Source: Moniliella sp. 'wahieum'
Taxonomy: Eukaryota
Length of the DNA stretch: 20,000 bases
Direction of reading: 5' to 3'
Assembly: GCA_003971905.1 (NCBI GenBank)
Contig: RSEE01000112.1
Span: forward strand, 174,333 to 194,332
Below the pieces are notes generated by a model. That model did not search any database and was not told the DNA's origin. It was given only the letters and a program-made list of their open reading frames with translations. How positions within the stretch are numbered: position 1 is the stretch's first letter; each line of letters starts with the position of its first letter. Position numbers and translations under genes: made by a program. Of this stretch, positions 11,901 to 19,827 are shown piece by piece.

Positions 11901-13351
11901 ACGGGCACGGGCAAGGTCGAAGGTGCGGGTGTGGTCGTGGGCAAGGTGGTGAGCAAGGGTGTGAACAAGGGTGCGAGTGTGAGCAAGGCCGTGGGTGTGG
12001 GTGTGGATGTGGTGTGGGTAGACGAGCGCCACTGCATGAAGGCACCGAGGGAGTGCACGTACTGGCGGGGATCTTGGTGTGGAGTGTACCGACCACAAAG
12101 GAAGCGAGTGACGTGCTGCTTCGCCTGCTGCTCCACCGTCGTCTGGCTCAACTCTTTTGGCCTGCTCGACATGCGGCCCAAGAACCTTGTTCTTCCTCTG
12201 CGTGCTGCTCTGCGTGCTGCTCTGCGTGCTGCGCGTGCTGCTCGTGCTGCGACGCATCGAGCGCACCCTGGCTGGTGCCCACGTACCTGACCCAACTCAA
12301 CTGTCTCGTCCGCACGCACCTGCCCCATCTGGCTGCGCACCTGGACCAGCTGGGTGAGCTTAGCCCGCTACGCACGTACTTGGTTTTCTCACCTTGTTCC
12401 TCTCTTCTTGCTTGGCTCGTGCCTCCCGACGTCGACGCCTCTGCCTCGGGGTGTGCATCAGCGTCAGCGTTGACGGATACCGAGTCGGCATGGTCGGGGC
12501 CACCGCTAGCGGTCCAAGTGGGCAGGCAAGTAGTGAGTCTACTTATGCACCACGGCAGCGAAGCCCTAGTCTGGGTGGCACTACTTTTGCTAGCCACCAA
12601 CGCGGACGCGTTGGAGCGGATGGAGAAACACGCCCTCCTGGAGCGGTTGGAGAATCAGCTGTGGAACGATTTCTCCTGCAAGTCTCCCAGCCCCAGCATC
12701 AAGCTGCCTGCCCCCGCCCCAGCTAACCCGCCCCCAGCACCGGAACGGGAATGGGAATGGGAATGGGAATGGGAATGGGAATGGGAACGGGAACGTGGAC
12801 GGGAACTGGGATCAGAACGGTCCTCCCCGCCTGTGTGCCGGACGGCGTGCTGGTGCGGGCGGCGAGGGCGGTGGGGCGGCAGATCGAGTTGGGCCAGAGC
12901 CGAGTGCAGCGGGACGGGACTCGAGGCAGCAAGAAGGGGGCGTCTGGGCGCATGGCCATGACGATGGCGGAGCTGGCGCTGGCGCTGGCGCTGGCGATGG
13001 CGGGATGACGATGGCGATGGTGATGACGATGGGACACTGGCCCGACTGAGCACAGCGACGTGGGGCATGGCTGGGCGGGTGGTGGACTTGGAGCAAGACG
13101 TTGCGGCACTGGAAACGACCCGGGCACAGTTAGCTGCGCACCTGGAGCACGTGACTCGCGCGCACGACGATTTGGCCGACGCATTGGTTCATTACAAGAC
13201 GCTTTATGCCCATGTCGTCCTCCACCACCACCAGCACCAGCTTGGCCCGCCCACCGCCATCCCAACCACCTCCACCGTCACTAGCACCAGTTCTACTCCC
13301 ACTCCCACTGCCTCCCGCTCGTGTCGGGCGCTTCGGGCGTGGCTGGGCTGA
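8952..13351 (+). CDS. Highly diverged TBC-domain (Rab-GAP fold) protein of the GYP5/EVI5 type with long low-complexity N-terminus and C-terminal coiled coil; intron-containing, multiple apparent frameshifts; start and exon structure approximate
   Basis: Recognisable blocks in correct order: IPPALRPYVWRVL (11393), GYVRLKLVLRRAAVVL, EGVHVLAGILVWSVPTTKEASDVLLRLLLHRRLAQLFWP, YLTQLNCLVRTHLPHLAAHLDQLG, VVSLLMHHGSEALVWVALLLLATNADALERMEKHALLERLENQLW. Coiled coil RVVDLEQDVAALETTRAQLAAHLEHVTRAHDDLADALV follows (13067 ORF, TGA at 13351). Candidate ATG 8952 (MLEPGARESEVRAAAEASLFDDD). GTACGT donor at 10526. Confidence 0.7.
9575..9624 (+). repeat. (CACGTA)n imperfect hexamer microsatellite (TR/TH dipeptide run)
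   Basis: Read directly from sequence. Confidence 0.9.
10164..10271 (+). repeat. (GAAGCA)18 perfect hexamer microsatellite, likely encoding (EA)18
   Basis: 108 bp of perfect repeat inside the putative TBC gene exon. Confidence 0.97.
10526..10716 (+). other. Putative intron of the TBC gene composed of 10-mer and 9-mer minisatellites (acceptor uncertain; the intron could instead extend to the CAG at 11243)
   Basis: GAG|GTACGT donor at 10526, T/C-rich body, TAG at 10714-10716. (KCTTGCCTTG) x~6.5 at 10541-10607 and (CTTGGTGTR) x~10 at 10622-10710. A second intron-like T-rich tract with CTGAC sites at 11096 and 11104 follows. Confidence 0.5.
11591..11716 (+). repeat. (GCAATC)21 perfect hexamer microsatellite, likely encoding (QS)n inside the TBC domain
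   Basis: 126 bp of perfect repeat. In the QS frame it runs into SESEPESGSEDEEG and then the TBC helix GYVRLKLVL. Confidence 0.97.
12741..12796 (+). repeat. (GGGAAT)6 plus degenerate GGGAAC units
   Basis: Read directly from sequence. Confidence 0.9.
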
Positions 13352-14123
13352 GCGCAGAGCACAGCGTGCATAACCCCCAGATCGGATTCCCCCGTGGGAA
13401 AAAGAGGGCGATGGCCGATGGCCGATGGGAAAGGGGAGAGCAGGAGCCCAATGTGATACTTACTCCACAGTCCATGTTGGGTGTTGAACGTTGGAACGTT
13501 GGAACGTGATAGTGATTCAATGGCCAGTCCCCAGACCACATACGACCTCATCGTCCAATGAATGCATCCTCGCCCCCAGCAGCACAGTAGCACAGTAGCA
13601 CAGCAGTCGCGGCGGTGGTGGTGGTGATCATCTCCATCTCCATCCCCGTCTTCACCATCTCCATTGCCATCTCCATCAGCATCAGCATCACATTCACATT
13701 CACATTGACCACCTTCGACAGTGCAACCCTTAGGCAAGCTCACCCGAACCACCTTGCGTACTCCCTGTCCCCCTTCTCGACTCGGCCGCATGGTTCATCG
13801 TTCCACCTGCTGGACCAGCGTATGTGGGCACGCACCTCCCCCCCCTTCTCGCTCCCTCGTTCCATTCTTTCCTCGCTCGCTTGGCAGCGCGGCGGTGCGG
13901 ACCGTTAGGGGGTTGGTGTGCGCTGGTGCGGTGATGACGATGGTGCTGGAGATGGTGCTGGAGATGGGGATGGGATAGCCATGGGGCAGAGGCGCATGGC
14001 GCACGCCAAGGCCAGCAGCGTTGGTGGGGTAGAGGTGAGATCTCTGCGAGTAACCCGACCAGATTGATGGGGGGGGCGCTAGAAAGGCAAGCCATTTAAA
14101 TGCTCAAGGGACAGTGTGGAGCA

Positions 14124-14174
14124 TGACGTAAGCATCCTGCTGAGGCCGCTCCAATCGATGCTGGACTGACGTCA
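14124..14174 (+). promoter_or_regulatory. Candidate bZIP (ATF/CREB-like) sites: TGACGTAAGCAT (14124-14135) and palindromic TGACGTCA (14167-14174)
   Basis: Two CRE-like motifs ~165-215 bp upstream of ATG 14339. Confidence 0.35.
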
Positions 14175-14338
14175 TTAATTCATTGCGTCTGGGTGCCGAT
14201 CGTTGCGCCCTTTCCGACTCAGGATCAGGATCGGATCAGGATTGGTATCAGCATCGTGCGATTGCGCTTGCCATCGCGCTTGCCATCGCGTTTGCCACCC
14301 TCATCCTCACCCTCACCATCTCTCCCACCGTGTGAGCC

Positions 14339-15061
14339 ATGCCTCCGCACCTGCTGCGCCGCAGCGTCATCAACGCCGGGGGCGCCAACGCAGCCGACAG
14401 GCCCTTTGGCGCCCAAGTGTTTGCGCATGGCAAGGTCCTCTTACTGGGCCCACTGCTGTTACTCGCAGGCGCCTTGGCCTGGGTCCTGCTCCTGCTGCTT
14501 TTCATTCAGTTCGCTCGTCGCGCCACTGCTTCCCATCCTACATCCCCTACCTCCCACTCGGTCTCACCCCCAGTCTCCCACCCGGCGTCGTCACCGTCTT
14601 CTGCGCCAACTTGTTTGCCGTCGTCTTCTTTGCGGTCGGATACGGCCACGTGCCGTGCACAAGCCTGGGCACACACGTTATCTCGCGCACGTGCCATCCC
14701 TGTCCCGGGCCGTACCTTGTCCCACCGACGCCCGCCGCCGCCGGCCGCCGTGGCGCCGCACCGGCATCCCCATTCGCTTCCTCGGCCGCAACCGCAGCCA
14801 AAGCAACCACAACCGTCAAAGCAACAGCAACAGCCAAGGCAACAGCAACAGCCAAAGCGACCGCAGCGCTTGCTGGCGTTGGGAGGGGACAAGAGCGAGG
14901 TCCCGCCTGTGGGGGTACGTGTGCCGGTGGCGGTGCTGAGCCGGGGTGGGAGAGACGGAGGGCGGTCGCCGGTGTCGGTGTGGTCGCCGTGGAGTGACAA
15001 GACGAGCGAGACGAAGAGCGAGACGAAGAGCGTGAGGGTGCGCGAGGCGCTGGTGGTGTGA
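14339..15061 (+). CDS. Hypothetical 240-aa single-pass membrane protein with Ser/Pro/Gln-rich tail
   Basis: Uninterrupted ATG-TGA ORF after a pyrimidine-rich leader. One strong hydrophobic segment (VLLLGPLLLLAGALAWVLLLLLFIQF) is followed by ARR (positive-inside), then a disordered tail. No recognisable domain. Confidence 0.5.
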   Translation: MPPHLLRRSVINAGGANAADRPFGAQVFAHGKVLLLGPLLLLAGALAWVLLLLLFIQFARRATASHPTSPTSHSVSPPVSHPASSPSSAPTCLPSSSLRSDTATCRAQAWAHTLSRARAIPVPGRTLSHRRPPPPAAVAPHRHPHSLPRPQPQPKQPQPSKQQQQPRQQQQPKRPQRLLALGGDKSEVPPVGVRVPVAVLSRGGRDGGRSPVSVWSPWSDKTSETKSETKSVRVREALVV

Positions 15062-15195
15062 TGGTGATGTGTGTGGGAGAACAGCCGAGAGCAGAGCAGA
15101 GCAGAAATGAATGGAATGGAATGGATGGATGCAGGGATGGATGAGAGGACAGATGGGTGACAGGGCAAACGGGCGCATACTAGGGTTAGCGGGGG

Positions 15196-15223
15196 TGCCA
15201 CGTGGCGCGGGTGACGTAAGCAT
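15196..15223 (+). promoter_or_regulatory. Candidate bZIP/bHLH sites upstream of GGA: palindrome GCCACGTGGC (15197-15206) and TGACGTAAGCAT (15212-15223)
   Basis: Two ACGT-core motifs ~155-180 bp upstream of ATG 15377. Confidence 0.35.
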
Positions 15224-15376
15224 GCGCCAAGGGACGGTGGGGCGCGAAGCAGCCACGAACGCAGCCACGCCGACGCACTCCGACCGACGCCCACCCACTC
15301 CACGGCCACCTGGGCTCCCACCTCACCACCACCACCACCACCATTCCCACCACCACCACCCGCACGTGCAGAGTGC

Positions 15377-17305
15377 ATGTCGTACAACTTCAACCAGCAC
15401 GGGCAGTCTGCCGGCGCGTACGGCCCGCGTGGCGCCGAGCGTCCCCAGGGCGCACTCTCCTCCCTCGCCGACTGGTCTCCAAGAGCCTCGAGATTGATGC
15501 GCCGCCCACGCGTGCTCAGGCTATGGTCGGTGCGTCCCCTCCCCCATCTCAGCTCGTCTCGTGGCGTGTCTGTTTTGTCTTTTCTTTGTGTGTTGGTGGT
15601 GGGGACTAACCTGCGCATCCCGCTTTTTCCCCGGCAGACCGCGCGTGCGACCCGTTCCTGACGGAGCCCAACCTGAGTCTGAACCTCGAGGTGGCCGACT
15701 ACGTGAACCGGCACAAGGGCAACACGCCGCGCGAGACGGCGATGGAGACGGTGAAGCTGGTCAACAGTCGGAACCCACACGTGTCGGCACTGGCGCTGTC
15801 TTTGCTGGACATGCTCGTGAAGAACTGTGGGTACCCGTTCCAGCTGCAGATCGCGACGAAGGAGTTTCTCAATGAACTCGTCAAGCGTTTCCCTGAACGT
15901 CCACCTGTGTTCCTCTCGGCGTACCAGACCAAGGTGCTGGAACTGATTCATGAGTGGAAACAGACCATTTGCGTCACCTCGAAGCACAAGGACGATCTCG
16001 TCCACATTCGTGACATGCACCGTCTCCTTACGTACAAGGGGTACCGCTTCCCCAACATTGATTCCCGCGTCGCTGCCGTGCTCAACCCGTCCAATGTACG
16101 TGTCCTCTCACACACACACCCACTCTGTGGCTTGTTCTTGTTCTTGTTCTTATTCTTCCTTTTGCTCTTGCTTTCGCTTCTTGTTCTTGGTGCTGACCCC
16201 CCCCCCCCTGTTTCTTCTGCAGAACCTCAAAACGCCCGACGAACTGGAAGAAGAAGACCGGGAAGCGCAGTCTGCCAAGCTGCAAGAACTAATCCGGCGT
16301 GGGCGGCCGCAAGACCTAGCACAAGCACAAGAACTAATGAAGGTGCTCTCGGGAGCCGATCCCGATGCGCGGCCCGACTACCGCGCCCAGACACGCGCGA
16401 ACTGGACAAGATCCAGAGCAAAGCGGTGCTGCTGAACGATATGCTGAACCAGGTCCAGCCGGGGGAAAAGTTGGTGGAGGAGGATGCGTATGCGCAGTGG
16501 CTACCCAGCTGCGGCGCGTGCAGCCTCGGTTGCAGCAGTGGATCGCGAATGAGGAAGAAACCACAACCTCGGCCTCAGGCGCTGGCGATGGCCACCACGA
16601 CGAACAAGAGGAGGAGGAAGATCGGCTGCTGAACCGGCTGCTGCTCATCAACGATACGCTGAACCAAGTGTTGCAGCGGTACAAGGCCGTGCGCGCCGGC
16701 GACCTCAGTGCGCCCGCTACGCTCGACCCTCCATCGACCCGGCACAGCAGGGCAAACATGCGGTGCCCACCGCCAAAGTCACTGACCTCATCTCGTTTGA
16801 CGATGACGACACCACTACAACTACCACTACCACCACCAACACCAACATCGCTACCGCTACTGCAGGTCCTTCTGGTTCTGCTGGCATTGCACTTGCGCCC
16901 TCGCCGCTGCTCACCTCGGCTTCCTCCACTGCCACGGCGCAAGCCCCTGGACCTACTTCCACCTCCTTGCTCGGCCACGACTTACCTGCACCTACTTCCA
17001 CCTCCTTGCTCGGCGACGACTTTGCTAGCTTACAATTCACATCTCCCTCCCCCTCTGCCTCGGTCGCAGCAAGCAGGTCGCCACTCGCGCTCGCCTCCAC
17101 GTCTATGCCCATGGCCCCCACCGCGGCAACGACAGCCAAGCCCCCGGCCGGACAAGTGTCGCTCCTAGATGGCCTGGACACCCTGAGGCTGGCGGGTTCC
17201 GGTACCGGTGCCGCTCCCGGTGCAGGTACAGGGGCTGCAGGGGCGGGGACGACGAGCGGACCGCCAAAAGATCCGTTTGCCGATCTGGACGCCATGTTCA
17301 AGTGA
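15377..17305 (+). CDS. GGA: GGA clathrin adaptor (Arf-binding; VHS + GAT domains, no GAE domain); exons 15377-15529, 15638-16095, 16223-17305; ~565 aa after correcting four 1-nt deletions
   Basis: VHS: DRACDPFLTEPNLSLNLEVADYVN..LLDMLVKNCGYPFQLQIATKEFLNELVKRFPERPP..HIRDMHRLLTYKGYRFP. N-GAT: NLKTPDELEEEDREAQSAKLQELIRRGRPQDLAQAQELMKVLSG. GAT: ELDKIQSKAVLLNDML..VQPRLQQWI..RLLLINDTLNQVLQRY. Tail has DLISFDD and KDPFADLDAMFK*. Exon total 1694 nt + 4 = 1698 nt = 566 codons. Confidence 0.95.
15530..15637 (+). other. GGA intron 1 (108 bp, phase 1)
   Basis: GTGCGT donor, ACTAAC branch site at 15605-15610, CAG acceptor. Splicing gives AQAMV-D-RACDP. Confidence 0.92.
16096..16222 (+). other. GGA intron 2 (127 bp, phase 0)
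   Basis: GTACGT donor, GCTGAC branch site near 16192, TGCAG acceptor. Splicing gives VLNPSN-NLKTPDE. Confidence 0.92.
16951..17020 (+). repeat. 39-bp in-frame tandem duplication in the GGA tail (PTSTSLLGHD-LPA-PTSTSLLGDD)
   Basis: ACCTACTTCCACCTCCTTGCTCGGC at 16951 and 16990. Confidence 0.9.
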
Positions 17306-18061
17306 AGGTCAAGGTGCAGGTCAAAGTGCAGGTTGAAGGTGAAGGTGTGCCCCGCTGGGCGCGTGCGGTCGTGAGGGCTGAGGTGGGGGGTGGGGTTGGG
17401 GGCCAGTTCAAGTCCCCAACCCCAGTCGAAGCGGATCGAAGCGGATCGAAGCGGACGCGCACCCGGCCGACCCCCGAGCCGAGTCTTGCCCTGCTGGGTG
17501 GGATGGGATGCATGTTGCGTAAGCCTGCCTCCATCCATCTAGCGGCTGCCCTGCCCATGTTGCGCTGTCATGGATCTCTGCCCCGCACGCGAGATAGAGA
17601 GAGAGATACAGGGGCGGGGTTTCGGGGAGCTGCATCGTAGAACTTACACTAGAGAGCGTGGAACTAGGCCTAGACATTGCTAGAGTGCGACTTGAGAGCA
17701 CTCGCGATCCTATGGATCAGCTGCAAAGCAGCCTTCAGACAAGGCGTGAAGGCAAAGTGGTGAGCCACAAGTCTCAAGCAACGTCTGAAGGGAAGGAGAA
17801 AGGAGAGAAGGGAGATGGAGCGAGCAGGGCGTGCGCGGCCTGCGAGCGGAACGCTTCCGCTCGGCTAGGCGAGCGTCACCGATCCATTGAGGGCCGTGCA
17901 GGAGAACCCTAGCAGTACCCTCTAACAGCCCCCCTCGGTGAGCTCGCCAGACCACAGGTGGTGGTGGTCCTCGCCAAGGGCCAAGGCATGGGTGAAAGAA
18001 GAAAGGATGTCTCCAACGCCTCTGGTCAAAAAGTGAAATGAAAAACATAATTGGCAAGCGA

Positions 18062-18426
18062 TGTTGCCAAGTCAAGGGAAGAGAAACAGTATATTCAACG
18101 CATGGAGGTAAGGAGGAAGCGTAGAAAGTCACAGAGGTCAATTCAACTTGGAAGTATAAACAACATGTTCCAAGTCGAAACAGGATGTTCAACGTATGAG
18201 GGAGGAAGCGTAGGAAGTCATAGAGGTCGATTCAACTTGGAGGTAGAAACAACATGCTCCAAGTCGAAAGAGTATGTTGAACGTGTGCAGGTAAGGCAGC
18301 TTTGAAAGTCATAGAGGTCGATTCAACTTGGAGATATAGACAACATATGCCAAGTCGAACAGTAAAAACGTAGAGTTGGAGGTCGAGTAGAGCCATAGAA
18401 GGCAATGCAACTTGAAAGAAACCAAC
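18062..18426. repeat. ~90-bp tandem array A (3 full and 2 partial units), each full unit containing a 38-nt inverted repeat
   Basis: AAGTCAYAGAGGTCRATTCAACTTGGA...CCAAGTCGAA starting at 18126, 18215 and 18306 (periods 89 and 91). Confidence 0.9.
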
Positions 18427-18559
18427 AGGTCAAATTTGGCACAGCCATGAAAAGGAGAAAAGGACCAAATTCAGGACAGAAAAAGGATGACGACTGGTCC
18501 AACCGTCACGCGGACCAGCGTCAACGATGGTTCGAAAGTACCGTGTAGGTGATCAGTAC

Positions 18560-19170
18560 ACTTAGCAAGCAGCAACACTGGCCAGGGCACGACCAAATCG
18601 TCCGGGCCCGGTCAGGGATGAAAGTGCAACGGCTGCCCATGTAGCGTACACTAGAGACAGTGCCTCCCGTCTTGAGACAGCCAAAGAAACTCCCACTTGG
18701 GCCAGAAAGGACACCATAGCCGCCCATGCAGCCCACACAGTTAACAGCACCGCCAATCTTGGAACGGTCAAGGTACCCCGCGCCCGGGTCAGGTAGGCAA
18801 CGGCCACAACCATTAGTGTAGCCTAAACCGTCAACACGCACCACTGCTCTTGAGACGGTCAAAGTACCCCCCCCCCCGGTCAAGTAGGAAACTACCACAA
18901 CGTGAAACCGAAACTGTCAACAGCAGCACTTGTTTGGGACGATCAAAGTACCCCCCGCCCAGGTCAGATAGGAAAGTGCCACCGCTGCCCGTGTAGCCCA
19001 AAACATAAACGGTGCCCCCCATCGTGGATCGGTCAAAGTACCACTGGTCCGAGTCATGTAAGAAACTGCCACAGCCGCCCTGTAGCCCCAATCGTAAACG
19101 GTGCCTGTGTCTTGGAACGATCAAAATACCACCCGCCTGGGTCAGATAGGAGCCGTCAGAACCGCCCATC
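18560..19170. repeat. ~88-bp tandem array B (7 diverged units); reads as a Gly-rich ~30-aa repeat on the minus strand
   Basis: Anchor CGGTCAAAGTACC-like at 18590, 18678, 18765, 18856, 18940, 19030 and 19118 (periods 84-91). Confidence 0.88.
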
Positions 19171-19751
19171 ATGTTGGGTGCAATGGAGAGCGAGACGTTA
19201 AAGCAGAGCACACAAGAGGGCCAACGAGTCCGCACATTACCTCCCTAGCTAACCAAGTAAGAAGGGCAGCTAGGGTGGCTTGCGTCGGTGGGCCCCGGCC
19301 TTGGGACCTCAGGTCAGTATCGATTTCTCTCCCGACATGACAATGTGTGCCTGAGGATCGGTACCATGCCCGTGCTTAATTTGGAACGGGCAGGCCTGCC
19401 AACACATGGTGAGTATCGCTGAAAAGGGTGGTGGGAGGGAACAGTAAGGCAAGGTGGTCCGGGCGCGTAAATGCATGCGGAAGGACGGGGGCAGCCCCCC
19501 TTTTTTCCGCATCCCGTCGATGGCCGCAAGCTCTGACACAGCGGCAATCGCCTTCCCTGCGTATGGTGCTAGGCCGACCGTGCAAAGCTTGTCCGCAAGC
19601 TCGGCGACCGTTAATTCTCCATGTCCAGCTGCCAGGTCGACACCGCCACACTAACCCCCTTGATCGGACGCTCGCCAATCAGCGCGCGACATCGGTCCCC
19701 CTTGGTCAGGCACCAGGCCGACACTCCACCACGCCATCGGCCCCCCTTTGT

Positions 19752-19827
19752 CAGGGTTACAATGGCATGCCCGCGCCAAAAAATAAGGGCTGGCCGAAAA
19801 ACGTCACATTTGAACATTGTAACCCCG
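19752..19827. repeat. Short inverted repeat (11 bp perfect, 12/13 extended) enclosing 50 bp
   Basis: GGGTTACAATG (19754-19764) / CATTGTAACCC (19815-19825). Confidence 0.6.

Noticed and set aside
11126..12961. 611-aa ORF taken literally as the protein (poly-AI, poly-EW tracts)
   Set aside because: TBC homology moves between frames, so the AI run, and possibly the EW run, are likely out-of-frame readings between compensating frameshifts.
15181..15189. TAGGGTTAG telomere-like motif
   Set aside because: Only 1.5 units, expected by chance.
14506..16020. 504-aa minus-strand ORF (and other long antisense ORFs such as 8868-9923, 11430-12266, 11507-12340, 16717-17538)
   Set aside because: Antisense shadows of GC-rich plus-strand genes and stop-free hexamer repeats, with no domain content.
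15377..17305. GGA as a pseudogene
   Set aside because: Domains and splice sites are intact, there are no nonsense codons after restoring four single bases, and all defects are -1 at G/C positions.
18062..19170. Arrays A and B as CRISPR arrays
   Set aside because: Inter-repeat segments are homologous to each other rather than unique spacers, there are no cas genes, and the context is eukaryotic.
19225..19250. Minus-strand AGGGAGGTAA-TGT as PPT plus LTR start enclosing the 90-bp arrays
   Set aside because: The purine tract is short and I found no LTR end or adjacent pol remnant.
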